Of a DNA stretch of 59,060 nt, positions 1-9,970 are shown piece after piece. A program made the translations under genes and the position numbers. Below the pieces are notes generated by a model, which saw nothing but the letters and a program-made list of their open reading frames with translations, made no database searches and was not told the origin of the DNA. Every line of letters begins with the position of its first letter. Within the stretch, counting starts at the first letter, position 1. Origin of the DNA: a virus (lineage: Duplodnaviria; Caudoviricetes); the IMG/VR virus record IMGVR_UViG_3300045996_002405, positions 1-59,060 of that record; one strand, 5' to 3'.

Positions 1-127
1 AACGCGTGGACGGCCGGGCTCAACGCCACCGTCGCGGCCGCCGCGGCGATCGTCAGCTGGGCGATCGGCCTACCTGGGCAGATCACCGGCGCGGTGCAGG
101 GCCTCGCCGGCCAGCTCTCGGCGTGGG
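1..127. repeat. Terminal overlap identical to 58934-59060 (circular assembly overlap)
   Basis: Exact 127-bp match between the window start and end; the reading frame continues across the join. Confidence 0.95.
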
Positions 128-723
128 GGCGCAACGCGTGGAACTCGGCGTACCAGGGCACCGTCGGCGCGGTCGGTGAGCTGATCAGCTACGTCAGCGG
201 CATCGGTGGCCGGATCGTCTCGGCGGTCGGGGACCTCGGCGGCCGGCTCGTCGCGGCGGGGCGCGCGATCATCTCCGGACTGCTGTCGGGGATCAGGCAG
301 GGCGCGCAGGAGGTCTTCGACTTCGTCAGCGGGATCGGCGACCGGATCGCGTCGCTGAAGGGACCGTTGCCCTACGACAAGGTTCTGTTGATCCCGAACG
401 GCAAGGCGCTGATGACCGGGCTCGACGTCGGTCTGCGTCGCGGCTGGCCGCAGGTCGAGGCGACCCTGCGCCGGATGACCGCCGACCTGCCGTCCACGGT
501 CCCGGTCCGCCTGGCGGGCAAGCGACCGGCGCCGCAGCTGCAGCGCGCCCCGATGACCCGTAACGGCGTCACGCTCACCCCGCAGCAGGTGCCGCGCTCG
601 ACGACCACGATCGACAACAGCCGGACGATCACCGCGACGATCCCGATCACGACGCGCGCCGAGAACCCGCTGATCGTCGCGCGTCGCGCGGCCGACGAGC
701 TGGCACTACTGGGACAGGGGTAG
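1..723 (+). CDS. Tape measure protein, C-terminal part (continues from 56543-59060)
   Basis: Ala/Gly/Trp periodic helical repeats and a TMP-like C-terminus (KGPLPYDKVLLIPNGKALMTGL); in frame with the ORF at the window end. Confidence 0.9.
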   Translation, partial: NAWTAGLNATVAAAAAIVSWAIGLPGQITGAVQGLAGQLSAWGRNAWNSAYQGTVGAVGELISYVSGIGGRIVSAVGDLGGRLVAAGRAIISGLLSGIRQGAQEVFDFVSGIGDRIASLKGPLPYDKVLLIPNGKALMTGLDVGLRRGWPQVEATLRRMTADLPSTVPVRLAGKRPAPQLQRAPMTRNGVTLTPQQVPRSTTTIDNSRTITATIPITTRAENPLIVARRAADELALLGQG

Positions 724-725
724 CG

Positions 726-2108
726 ATGGCCTACTTCGGGTGGCTCTCGTTCGCGGGGACCGAGCTGATCAACAACGAGCGTGCGTCGACGTACGCCGCG
801 CTCGCGGGGATCGACCTGCGTTGCGACGTCCCCGACCTGGCCGCGTCGCTCGGTGACGACCCCTACGTCGACCCGGTCACCGACGACGCCGCGTGGATCG
901 ACCCGAGCCTGCCCGAGTCCGGCCGGTTCTACGGCGTGGCCGGACTGGAGTTCGTGGGGCTGCAGCGCAGCACCAGCGCGCGGTCCTGGTCGGAACTGCT
1001 CGGCGACGGCGGCGTGCCGGGCGGATCACGACGCGCCTCGATCGAGTTCGAGGTACGGGCGGTGATGGTCGGCGTCGACGAGCCCGCGATGAGCTACGGC
1101 CTGGCGTGGCTGGACGCCGCGCTGCGCGGGTCCTCGTGCACGACCTCGTGCGAGGGCGACGAGCTGTGCCTGTACGCGGCGCGGCCGACGCGGCCGCGGC
1201 TGCTGGTGCCCGGTGACGGTGAGTGCGTCGACACCGGCGGCGATCCCGATACGACGTGGGATCCGCTGCTGGGCAACGACGTCGCGCCAGGCGGTGACGC
1301 CCTGGTGCGCAACCTGTACCGGGTCGCGACGATCGAGGGCCCGGAGGTGACCGCGCGGCGGTTCGTGCCCGGCGGGGCGATCTGGAACGTTCGCTGGCTC
1401 GTCCGGGTCGGTACGCCCTGGCTGTTCAGCTCCCCCCGTCTGGTGGCTCGACGTGAGGGCTCGGGCACGAACCCGGCGTTTTACACGGACACGGTCCCCG
1501 ACTACGACCCGTGGTCCTGGCGCGACGCGTGTCCGGACACCGTGTCGTGTCTGGACGAGGACCCGTGGTGCACGGTGCCGGTCCTGCCGCCGCTGACCGC
1601 ACCGGCGCCACCCGACCCCTGCTTCCCCAACGACCCGCGCAACAACCCGCCGGACGAGCCGACGCGGCACCGGTTCAGCGCCGGCCGGATCGTGTTCGCG
1701 ATCCCGCGCGGCACCGGCGGCGACTGGTTCGACAAGGTGCCGGTGATCAGGTTGTTCAGCGGCAACCTGCCCGCGCAGCGGATCATCGTGCGCTGGTACG
1801 ACAACCCGCGCGCCGAGGTCTGCGGCGGCGGGCTGGACCCGTGCAACTCCTGCGCGGAGATCAATCTGGTGTGGCTGCCGCGCTCGTCACTGCTGACCCT
1901 CGACGGCCGCGTGCAGGCCGCGACGGTCGACTGCCCCGGCGGGGTGATCCAGGAACCCCGGCTCTACGGCCCGTCCGGCGGGCCGCTGACCTGGCCGGTG
2001 TTCGAGTGCAGTGCGCCGCTGTGCTGCGAGGTGATCATGGATTCGGCCACCGTCGCCGAGAACTCCTGGATCGACGTGAGCATGGTTCAGAGGCAGGGGA
2101 TCGCATGA
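726..2108 (+). CDS. Minor tail protein (distal tail / Dit-like, Cys-rich)
   Basis: Directly after the TMP; N-terminus MAYFGWLSFAGTELINNER resembles cluster-B-type first minor tail proteins. Confidence 0.75.
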   Translation: MAYFGWLSFAGTELINNERASTYAALAGIDLRCDVPDLAASLGDDPYVDPVTDDAAWIDPSLPESGRFYGVAGLEFVGLQRSTSARSWSELLGDGGVPGGSRRASIEFEVRAVMVGVDEPAMSYGLAWLDAALRGSSCTTSCEGDELCLYAARPTRPRLLVPGDGECVDTGGDPDTTWDPLLGNDVAPGGDALVRNLYRVATIEGPEVTARRFVPGGAIWNVRWLVRVGTPWLFSSPRLVARREGSGTNPAFYTDTVPDYDPWSWRDACPDTVSCLDEDPWCTVPVLPPLTAPAPPDPCFPNDPRNNPPDEPTRHRFSAGRIVFAIPRGTGGDWFDKVPVIRLFSGNLPAQRIIVRWYDNPRAEVCGGGLDPCNSCAEINLVWLPRSSLLTLDGRVQAATVDCPGGVIQEPRLYGPSGGPLTWPVFECSAPLCCEVIMDSATVAENSWIDVSMVQRQGIA

Positions 2109-3247
2109 GCGCCGTCGAGCGGCTGGGGTGCGCGGAGGACTACCGCGCGGTGATCAAGTTCCGGGGTGGTCGCACCGTGTGGACGCCCGTGCGCGGCCTG
2201 GCGGCCGTGGCGTGGGGACGACGCCGCGACGACTGGTCCGAAGCGACGATCGACGTGGCGAAGGTGGACGCGGGCGGGGACTGCTGCGCGAAGCTGGGCG
2301 ACACGCGCACGTGGGGGCACGAGCTGGCGCTGTACCGCGGCGACGAGCAGGAACCGTGCTGGGAAGGGCCGATCGTCGACAAGGTGGAGCGGCGCGCCTC
2401 GTTCTCCTTCGCGGCCCGCGACGTGGCGTTCTGGCTCGACCGGACGCCGGTGGAGTACGACTACTTCTGGCCGGATCCGACCGACACCGGGCAGATCATC
2501 CGGACGCTGATCACCGACGCGTTCGAGGTCGACGATCCGGGCCTGGTCGAGTGGATGGACGTGCGCGACACCGGCCGCATGTCCACCACCGACCGGCTGT
2601 GGGGCTGGTCCCAGCCGCTCGGCGAGGTGATCCGCGAGCTGATCGGCGTCGGTGTCGACCTGTTCACGGTCGGGCGTCGGCTGTACGTGATCAGCGACCG
2701 CACGCAGCTCGACGAGGGCGCTCCCTACCGGCTGGACGCGGCGCACTTCCTCGACGAGCTGCAGGTACGTGAACACGGCCTGGATGCCGCGATGCTGGGC
2801 ATCGCCGTCGGCGGGCAGCCGCTGGACGGCGAGGGGCAGCCGATCCAGGACGTCGCGCCGGTGCTCGGGTCGCAGGGTGGCCCGAACGACGGCTACGACC
2901 CGTTCTACGGGCGCGTCACCCGCTGGACGTCCTCCCCGAACACCGTCGCGCAGTCGGTCGCCGACGGGCTGGCCAGCGCGGTCTACCACGCGGGCCAGCC
3001 GCCACCGGTCGACCTGGTGGTGCCAGACGGTGCGCGGCTGTCCCCGACGGCGCCGGTCAGCATGGGGCAGCTCGTGCCCGGCAGGAAGTTCCACGTGGCG
3101 CTCGGCGACGAGTACTGCACGCGGGTCGACGCGCTGTTCCGGCTGCACGAGGTCGACGTGACGTGGACCCGCCAGCAGGACGAGGCGAGCGAGTCGGTCG
3201 CGGTGTCGCTGTCCAGCTCGGGAACGGCCGCCGGGGTCGTGCCGTGA
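2105..3247 (+). CDS. Minor tail protein (baseplate hub-like)
   Basis: ATGA overlap with the previous gene; MSAVERLGC... 380 aa; synteny after the first minor tail gene. Confidence 0.7.
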   Translation: MSAVERLGCAEDYRAVIKFRGGRTVWTPVRGLAAVAWGRRRDDWSEATIDVAKVDAGGDCCAKLGDTRTWGHELALYRGDEQEPCWEGPIVDKVERRASFSFAARDVAFWLDRTPVEYDYFWPDPTDTGQIIRTLITDAFEVDDPGLVEWMDVRDTGRMSTTDRLWGWSQPLGEVIRELIGVGVDLFTVGRRLYVISDRTQLDEGAPYRLDAAHFLDELQVREHGLDAAMLGIAVGGQPLDGEGQPIQDVAPVLGSQGGPNDGYDPFYGRVTRWTSSPNTVAQSVADGLASAVYHAGQPPPVDLVVPDGARLSPTAPVSMGQLVPGRKFHVALGDEYCTRVDALFRLHEVDVTWTRQQDEASESVAVSLSSSGTAAGVVP

Positions 3248-3501
3248 AGCACCGGGGCGCGGGATCGTCGCGCCGTCCCGCCGCCGCGGCTGCGCGCGCG
3301 TCCGGGCAGGCCGCCGCGGCGGTCGGTCGACGTCCCGCGTCGAGTCCGTCGCCGCTCGGCCACCAGGTACCGACCGTCGCGGCCGCGCCGACGGTGCAGG
3401 TCGGGAACTGGCAGCTCGTGCAGGGAGACGCGGGCGACCTGCTCGCGGTGTGGCTACCAACGGGGGAGACGCGCACGATCGCGCTCCCTCCGCAGAACTG
3501 A
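3244..3501 (+). CDS. Small minor tail-associated protein
   Basis: GTGA coupling; C-terminal VQVGNWQLVQGDAGDL segment resembles small tail genes in this position. Confidence 0.5.
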   Translation: MKHRGAGSSRRPAAAAARASGQAAAAVGRRPASSPSPLGHQVPTVAAAPTVQVGNWQLVQGDAGDLLAVWLPTGETRTIALPPQN

Positions 3502-3512
3502 GGGAGGAACAC

Positions 3513-5504
3513 ATGCCGCGGTGCGGATGTGGTGACCGGTGCTCGTGCGTGCTGCAGGACGGTCTCGGGGTCGACGTCACCGGCACCGGTGACCCGAACA
3601 ACCCCTACGTCGTCGAGTTCGACGGCTCCGAGGTCGTCGCGCAGGGCCTCACGTGGGACAGCAGCGTGCGCAAGCTCTCGGCGAAGTTGGCGCCCGGCGG
3701 CGGGTTGGAGTTCGACGCCGGCGGCGCGATCCGCAGCACCGTCACCGGCGGTGGTGAGGAGGTCGGCTGGACCACGATCGCCGACCTCGAAGCGCGGGGA
3801 GCCAACGTGGTGATCGGACACGCGGGCGCGGGCTACCTGGTCAAGCCGGAGACGGCGCGACGCAGCTACGAGTACGGCCAGCAAATCGGCGTGGACGCCA
3901 TGCACGTCCCCGTGCGGATGCTGATGGACGGAACGCCTGTGGTGCACTCCGACGAGACGCTGGGACGCACGCACGGGGAGCCGTGGAACGCGGCGGCGTG
4001 GCAGGCGATCCACGTCCAGGAGATCGACGGGCACCGCTGGGGAATCGTGCCGATGCTCTCCGGGCTCGACAGCCCCTATCTGCGCAACCAGCCGGACGGC
4101 AACACCGACCCGACGATCGAGTTCAACGCCGCGGCGTGGGCGGACAACGCGAAGTGGCAGACCCGGTCGCCGAGCTTCGGGTTCCTCGGGAACCGGGAGC
4201 AGCCGCAGTACGGCGGGACGTTCCTGGCGGACGTGTTCCGCGACGTCGGCGGTCGAACACCGTTGATCATCGACCTGCGCTGGCCGGCGCGCACCGGCGG
4301 CAACGGGGCGTTCGTGCGCTCGACACCGGCCTGGCGCACCGACCTGTTCCTGCGCAACACGCTCTCCATGATCCAAAGGTTCGGGCTGTCGTCCTACGTG
4401 GTCGTCACCTCCGACCAGATCACGATCCCCGCGCAGGTCGTCGGGCAGACCGTCAACGTGCTGGACTACTTCTCGTCGGCGGGGATCCGAGTCGGCCCGC
4501 AGATGACGTCCGCGAACGTCAGCACCTACCCGCCCAGCTCCTGGCCCGCGACGTGGAGCTGGGCGTTCTTCCCGACGACGATCAGCGACGCCACGATCGC
4601 CACCTATGCCGCGCTCACGCCCGGCGGGAACCCGCTGCGGCGGGTGTTGCTGCAGGTCCAGCGACAGACCGTGTGGCGCGACCGGATCACCACGCCGGGC
4701 CTGCTCGGCGGCACGAGCGCTGACCCGGTCTACGCGTACGGCCTGGTCGGCGGCACGCACCCGCTGTCCGGGCTCGGGTACCGACGCAACTGGTCGGACT
4801 GGGGACAGGCCACCGTGCAGCACGGGTTGATCCCACCGGCCGAGGGCGCGACGAGGGTGTCGCCGTACCTGCGCGGCCTGCACGAACCCGGCGTGGACCG
4901 CACCCTGTTCGGGCCGCAGATGGTGCCGGTCGTGTCCGGCACGGGCTATCACGTGCTGCAGGGCCGTCTCGGTCCGCTGCCGGTCCCCACCGACGTGAGC
5001 TTCGACTTCGTGCTGGGCATGGACGAGTTCGAGTCGCCGCGGGTCGGCGGCTGGCTCGGGTTCACCTTCGGCCGCGTCGACGACTCCCAGTTCACCGACT
5101 GGAACCCGGCGCCGGGGGCGAACGCGGCCGCGCAGAGCGGGTACCTGTTCCTGATGAACGGGCTCAACACCGCGACGGACGCCGTGAACCCGAACCTCTA
5201 CCTCTACGGCTACCAGGGCAGCGCGGTCGTCACGATCGGCTCGGCGCGGACCCTCACACCCGTGGCGGCCGGCGCGGGCAAGCGGTTCCGGATCGGGGTT
5301 AACAACAAGGGCCTCCGGATCTCGGCGGTGCAGGGCGACGGATCCCTGGTGACGCTGATCGAGTCCCGGACCGACCTGGCCAAGGCGCACCGCGGCCCGT
5401 ACATGCACCTCGGACGCCGCAGCCAGACATCGGCGGGCTGGTACGGATGGTGTGAGGGATTCACGTGGACCGCGTTCGCCGGCGCGGTCGACGGCCCGCA
5501 GTAG
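3513..5504 (+). CDS. Tail protein with glycerophosphodiester phosphodiesterase (GDPD)-like domain; probable receptor-binding protein
   Basis: RBS GGGAGGAA; Cys-rich N-terminus; VIGHAGAG...PET...G.DAMHVPVRMLMDGTPVVHSDETLGRT aligns by eye with the GDPD signature IAHRG..PENT..E.DV..TKDG..VV.HD.TL.RT. Confidence 0.65.
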   Translation: MPRCGCGDRCSCVLQDGLGVDVTGTGDPNNPYVVEFDGSEVVAQGLTWDSSVRKLSAKLAPGGGLEFDAGGAIRSTVTGGGEEVGWTTIADLEARGANVVIGHAGAGYLVKPETARRSYEYGQQIGVDAMHVPVRMLMDGTPVVHSDETLGRTHGEPWNAAAWQAIHVQEIDGHRWGIVPMLSGLDSPYLRNQPDGNTDPTIEFNAAAWADNAKWQTRSPSFGFLGNREQPQYGGTFLADVFRDVGGRTPLIIDLRWPARTGGNGAFVRSTPAWRTDLFLRNTLSMIQRFGLSSYVVVTSDQITIPAQVVGQTVNVLDYFSSAGIRVGPQMTSANVSTYPPSSWPATWSWAFFPTTISDATIATYAALTPGGNPLRRVLLQVQRQTVWRDRITTPGLLGGTSADPVYAYGLVGGTHPLSGLGYRRNWSDWGQATVQHGLIPPAEGATRVSPYLRGLHEPGVDRTLFGPQMVPVVSGTGYHVLQGRLGPLPVPTDVSFDFVLGMDEFESPRVGGWLGFTFGRVDDSQFTDWNPAPGANAAAQSGYLFLMNGLNTATDAVNPNLYLYGYQGSAVVTIGSARTLTPVAAGAGKRFRIGVNNKGLRISAVQGDGSLVTLIESRTDLAKAHRGPYMHLGRRSQTSAGWYGWCEGFTWTAFAGAVDGPQ

Positions 5505-5525
5505 TCGATCACCTAGGAGGAGCCC

Positions 5526-6080
5526 GTGCCCCACCCGTCCCCGAGCCCCGATGCACCGGGCACCTACGGCCCGTTCCGCCTGCAGCTGCGGATCGGCACA
5601 CCGCCGGACTACGAAGAGCAGTGGCTGCCCGGTGGCGGGCTACCCGGATCGATGGTGTCGGAAGTCCAGGTCGGGATCGCCGCAGCTCTGGACGCACAGC
5701 CCGCCGCCGCCGAGGTGACCGTGACGACGACCAACCCGGCCACCGGTGGATCGTCGGCGGTGACGTCGACGGTGCAGGTCGGCAGCGACCAGGCGTTCCG
5801 GGGCACACCGGACATGGCGTGGCCGCCACCGGCCGAGGGACCGGACGTGCAGCTCTGGACGGCGCAGGTCTGGTGCTACGCGGAGAACCCGCCGTCGGCC
5901 ACGCCGCTCGATTTCGCGGTCGTCGCGCGCGAGTGGGCGTCGCGGGTGGCGACCCTGGTCACCGAGTCCGGCGCTGAGTGCACGCTGCAGGTGGTCGGCG
6001 TGTGGACGTCGTCGGGGGACACCTGGTGGCCGCTGGACGCGGGCTATCCGGACAACGGGCACACCGTCGTCGTCGCGTAG
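5526..6080 (+). CDS. Hypothetical protein, last gene of the late operon
   Basis: RBS AGGAGGAG before GTG; followed by a hairpin. Confidence 0.7.
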   Translation: MPHPSPSPDAPGTYGPFRLQLRIGTPPDYEEQWLPGGGLPGSMVSEVQVGIAAALDAQPAAAEVTVTTTNPATGGSSAVTSTVQVGSDQAFRGTPDMAWPPPAEGPDVQLWTAQVWCYAENPPSATPLDFAVVAREWASRVATLVTESGAECTLQVVGVWTSSGDTWWPLDAGYPDNGHTVVVA

Positions 6081-6094
6081 CGGGTCGACACAGG

Positions 6095-6131
6095 ACGAGC
6101 CCCCGGTGAGCACTGCTCACCGGGGGCTCGT
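6095..6131. terminator. Bidirectional hairpin between convergent late and early arms
   Basis: ACGAGCCCCCGGTGAGCA-C-TGCTCACCGGGGGCTCGT inverted repeat. Confidence 0.8.
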
Positions 6132-6146
6132 GGTCTGTCCGGCCGG

Positions 6147-6599
6147 TCAGTCGATCTTGTCACCCGGTGTCCGCCGCGGCTTCCTGGCTGCGACTTTGCG
6201 GCGACGCGCCCGCTCCGCAGCGATCCCCTCCGCTCGACCGGCGGCGAGCCCGGCGCGGTACGTCCGGTCGAGCAGGGACGCGATCACGACGACCGTCACG
6301 CGTTCCCAGTCCGACAACCAGCGCAGGATGCGATCCTCCCGCGGGGTCGTCTCGACCCCGTGCAGGGCCTCGCGCATCAGCGCTTCCGCCCGCGCGTTGG
6401 TGCGCGTGCGCCAGGTGTCGACCGGTTCGTACCTGCCGTCGACGATGCGCTGTTCGTCCAGCGGGTCGCGCGGTCCGTAGTACGCACGATCAGCGTCGGT
6501 CCCGTCCGGCCGGTAGCGCAGCGGCTCCGCGTCGATCGGCCGGTGGATCGTCACGCCGTGCTCGTCGACCACCGGCGGCCGCGTCGGTCGCCTGCTCAC
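6147..6599 (-). CDS. Hypothetical protein
   Basis: GTGA coupling to the upstream gene; protein-like composition (VSRRPTRPPVVDEHG...). Confidence 0.65.
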   Translation of the reverse strand: MSRRPTRPPVVDEHGVTIHRPIDAEPLRYRPDGTDADRAYYGPRDPLDEQRIVDGRYEPVDTWRTRTNARAEALMREALHGVETTPREDRILRWLSDWERVTVVVIASLLDRTYRAGLAAGRAEGIAAERARRRKVAARKPRRTPGDKID

Positions 6600-7213
6600 T
6601 GCGAACCCGCCGGCGTCGACTGCGGAAGCCGGCGCGCAGCCCGGCGGGGAGCCGCCCACGTGTCGAAGCGGCTTCCCCCGACACCTTCGGGCAGCTCGCG
6701 CCACGTCTGCCAGTCCTCGACCTCCGCCAGGTACCGGGCGCACCCCGGAGCGTGCCCCCGCTCGGCGTCGTCGGGGTGCCGCTCGTACGGCCCGAAGTCC
6801 GTCACCCCGCGGCCACACGTGCTGCAGCGCCACCTCGTGTGGGCACGGTCGAAGGTGCCCTGCTGCATCGGGGACGTGACGAACTCGTAGGCCGCTTCGG
6901 CGAACGACCTGTCGTCCGGCTCGTGGTCCAGGAGGAGTTGTCCGATCTCGTGCCAGCCCCACCCGTCACCGCGAGCGCGGTCGACCACGCTGCCGAACTG
7001 CAGGCGCACCTCGTTGCGCAGCAGCCGCAGCGCGGAGATCGCCGCGGCGGTGTGCGGGACGCTGACGGTGGACGCTGCGCCCTCGAAGATCGGGCGCGTC
7101 TCGAAGCCTTCCTGGCCGTGCTCGCGGTGAACGATGCTCGCCACGCCCCGATCGATCGCCTGTCGCGCACGGAAGTCGGGATCGTCGTAGCTCGCGAAGT
7201 CGCTCGTACTCAT
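6596..7213 (-). CDS. Hypothetical protein (CxxC plus His/Cys, possible Zn-binding)
   Basis: RBS GAAGGAGAGG; 205 aa; WRCSTCG...H...HAPGC. Confidence 0.75.
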   Translation of the reverse strand: MSTSDFASYDDPDFRARQAIDRGVASIVHREHGQEGFETRPIFEGAASTVSVPHTAAAISALRLLRNEVRLQFGSVVDRARGDGWGWHEIGQLLLDHEPDDRSFAEAAYEFVTSPMQQGTFDRAHTRWRCSTCGRGVTDFGPYERHPDDAERGHAPGCARYLAEVEDWQTWRELPEGVGGSRFDTWAAPRRAARRLPQSTPAGSQ

Positions 7214-7247
7214 CGCTGCTGCCTCTCCTTCGGTGGTGGTGGGGTGC

Positions 7248-8408
7248 TCAAGGCGTGCGGTCGGCGAACTGCCGGCCGATGACGGTCGACGGGCTGCCCG
7301 CGTAGCTGCCGCGACGGCGGCCGTAGCGGACGGTCGTGGTGATGCTCGCGTGCCCGAACTGCCGCTGGATCTCGGGCAGCGGCACCCCAGCGCGGTCCGC
7401 GGCGTCGCGGAGGCTGTGGCGCAGCACGTGCGGGGTGACGGTGTGCGGCTCCTCGATGCCGGCGATCTGAGCCAGGTGGCCGATCAGGGCGTCGATGCCC
7501 TGGCGGCTCATCCTCGCGCCGGTGCGGGTGTAGAACGCCGGAGCGGAGCGGCCGCCGACGTCGCCGACGCGGGCCAGCGCTGCCCGGTCGCCGCGGCGGT
7601 CGGTCTCCCAGTACTCGACCAGCGCCGACCAGGCCCAGTCGTTGACCGCGACGGCGTGGACGTGGTCGCCCTTGACGCGCAGCCGCGCGATCCGTTGTCC
7701 GACGTCGATGCGGAAGTCGTCGCGGTTCAACGCGACCGCTTCGGACACGCGGCATCCGACGGTCGCCATGAACCGCGTAACCGCCCGCGCGCGGGGACGC
7801 AGGTCGAGCGGCGTGAACTGGTCGCCCGCGTCGACGAACGCGTTCAGCTCGTCGGCCGACAGCGACCGGGTCGGGGACACGGTGGGCACCTGCAGTTCGG
7901 CGCGACGCCGGTTGATCACGACCGGTGTGCAGTCGATCCGCTCGGCTACCGTCACGGCGTGCTCGTAGAACATCTCCACGGCGGTGAGGGCGTTCGCGCG
8001 CGACGCCGTCGACAGCGGTCGGCCGCGGTTCTTCCCCCGCGTCTGGGGCATCGTCGCCAGCAGCTCCAGCCAGTGCACGACCACCCGCCGACCGGCGTCG
8101 TAGGGGTGCAGGCCCAGACCGCGGCACAGCGTGAACCAAGACGCGCCGTTGAGCATGTCCGGCACCCGCTGGGACCGGTCGGGTCGGTCGAGCGCGACCG
8201 GATCCCACCAGGCGCCGAGAGCGTTCGCGTAGGTGAGGCGCGTCCGGTGCGACGTGTAACCCGACAGCCACTCGTCGGTGTCCGCGCGGAGCGCGACCCA
8301 GTCGGGGTCGCGCTCCGTCCACGTGCGCGCGTCGGCCGAGCCGGTCGCGGTCTGCTGCGGCGGGATGATCAGCTGCCCGGTCATCGCGGGCAGCACCAGC
8401 TTGGTCAC
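7248..8408 (-). CDS. Tyrosine recombinase (XerC/D-like integrase or resolvase)
   Basis: Catalytic set present: GCRVSEAVAL (R), RVKGD (K), PHVLRHS (HxxR), FGHASITTTVRY (H,Y); GTGA-coupled start at 8408. Confidence 0.92.
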   Translation of the reverse strand: MTKLVLPAMTGQLIIPPQQTATGSADARTWTERDPDWVALRADTDEWLSGYTSHRTRLTYANALGAWWDPVALDRPDRSQRVPDMLNGASWFTLCRGLGLHPYDAGRRVVVHWLELLATMPQTRGKNRGRPLSTASRANALTAVEMFYEHAVTVAERIDCTPVVINRRRAELQVPTVSPTRSLSADELNAFVDAGDQFTPLDLRPRARAVTRFMATVGCRVSEAVALNRDDFRIDVGQRIARLRVKGDHVHAVAVNDWAWSALVEYWETDRRGDRAALARVGDVGGRSAPAFYTRTGARMSRQGIDALIGHLAQIAGIEEPHTVTPHVLRHSLRDAADRAGVPLPEIQRQFGHASITTTVRYGRRRGSYAGSPSTVIGRQFADRTP

Positions 8409-9337
8409 GCCCGCACCTCCTTGGTGCCGTACTCGACCACGTGCCAGCCGGACTGCCGGTGACGCCGCACGGTGTCGCCGGAGAAGGCGTAGGCCTCCAC
8501 CGGCCACACCGCCGCCGTGCTGGTCTTGATCCGCACCGCGAAGCCGCGGCGGTCGACGTGCGGGGGAACCAGGTCGCGGGGCAGGTCGGCGACGGGCACG
8601 ACACTTCCGCCGGACCACTTGGCGATCAGCTGGGCATTGCTGTCGGTCAGCCGCACGCAGTCCCCGCCGAGCAGACCGATCGAGCGGCACTCTTCAAGGT
8701 CCCACGACACCCGGCACGAGTGGCGCCCGATGTCGGCTTCGTTGAGCTCGGGCGGTCCCTGGTCGATGCGGAAGCGCACACCGTGCAAGGCCAGCGCTTC
8801 GGCGAGCGTCCCGGCTTCGTGCTCCGTGATCCAGCGGCCATGTTGGGCCGCCAGGTGCAGCGCGCCCTTCACGTAGCGCAGCTCTTCGTGCAGGTCGATC
8901 GTCATGCGGGGCTCGGGGTCGTTGGCGGACGTCGGATGCTCCACCACCCGGTGATTCGCACCGATCAGACGCAGCGCGTGCACGTACTCCTGAACGTGCG
9001 CCTTGGTGGTGCGGACACGGACGCCGTCGGCGTCTATCAGCTGGCAGAAGTGGTGGGGGGGCGTCCGACCCCAGGGGTACGGCGGCAGCTCGTCGACCTC
9101 GTCCGCCGTCAGCAGCGCGGCGTGCGGGCCTCGAACGAGGTCGAGGCGCACGCTGCCGTCCCGGACCTCGACGGTGTCCAGCCGCCAGCCGCGCACCGCG
9201 AGCAGGTCACCGACCTCGTCGGCCAGCCATGCGGGAAACGGGTCGCCGACCGGGGCCGCGTCCGCGTGCTCCGCTTCCGGCGTGGGGAGCGCGGTGCGCC
9301 GTCCCAGATCGCACAGGAGCCTCTTCCAGACGCTCAC
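8405..9337 (-). CDS. Hypothetical protein
   Basis: 310-aa ORF in a coupled minus-strand operon. Confidence 0.7.
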   Translation of the reverse strand: MSVWKRLLCDLGRRTALPTPEAEHADAAPVGDPFPAWLADEVGDLLAVRGWRLDTVEVRDGSVRLDLVRGPHAALLTADEVDELPPYPWGRTPPHHFCQLIDADGVRVRTTKAHVQEYVHALRLIGANHRVVEHPTSANDPEPRMTIDLHEELRYVKGALHLAAQHGRWITEHEAGTLAEALALHGVRFRIDQGPPELNEADIGRHSCRVSWDLEECRSIGLLGGDCVRLTDSNAQLIAKWSGGSVVPVADLPRDLVPPHVDRRGFAVRIKTSTAAVWPVEAYAFSGDTVRRHRQSGWHVVEYGTKEVRA

Positions 9338-9379
9338 GCTGTCTTCTCCGTCTTCTCCAGTTCGTCGGGCAGAACTGCC

Positions 9380-9970
9380 TCACGCATCGTCCCCACCGCC
9401 CGGACACGCGCCGTGGTCGTCGAAGGGGCAGTGCTGATGGTGCTGGCGCAGCGCTCCCACGTACACCCTGCTCGCCTCTTCGTCGAGGCCGATCGTCCCG
9501 CGCAGGTATCGCCGATACGCGGCGTCCAGGTCGGCGGCCGCCGCCACCTGCAGAACGTTGCCCACGTGGCTCATCGCCCCGCACGGCGACCACTGCCACT
9601 CGGCGACGCCGGGGATCTCGCACCGCAGGAACCCCCGCAGCGTGCGACGGGCGATGCCCGGTGTCACCTGCAGCCGGCCGAGCGCCCGGACATCGATGTC
9701 CGGGCGCTCGGCGCGCAGGTCCTGCACCGTGACGAGCGCGTGTTCGCGGCCGACCGCTGGCACCAGCTGCGCGAGCAGCGCGGCGTCGTAGGCGGCGCGG
9801 GTCGCGTGCTCGGTCAGGGCGCGGGTGTAGGAGCCGACCTCGTCGGGGGTCAGGACGAGTGCGAAGTCGCGGCCGACCTGGATCGTCGTGCGGTAAACGC
9901 CGTCCGCCGTCGGGTCGGTGGTGACCCAGACCCGACGATCGTCCGGAAGATCCGGCGTGGTCGTGCTCAC
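9380..9970 (-). CDS. Hypothetical protein
   Basis: GTGA-coupled start (VSTTTPDLPDD...). Confidence 0.65.
   Translation of the reverse strand: MSTTTPDLPDDRRVWVTTDPTADGVYRTTIQVGRDFALVLTPDEVGSYTRALTEHATRAAYDAALLAQLVPAVGREHALVTVQDLRAERPDIDVRALGRLQVTPGIARRTLRGFLRCEIPGVAEWQWSPCGAMSHVGNVLQVAAAADLDAAYRRYLRGTIGLDEEASRVYVGALRQHHQHCPFDDHGACPGGGDDA

Noticed and set aside
7248-8408. Classical integration cassette with tRNA-derived attP
   Set aside because: The recombinase is mid-operon with no adjacent non-coding attP region, tRNA-like sequence or CI gene.
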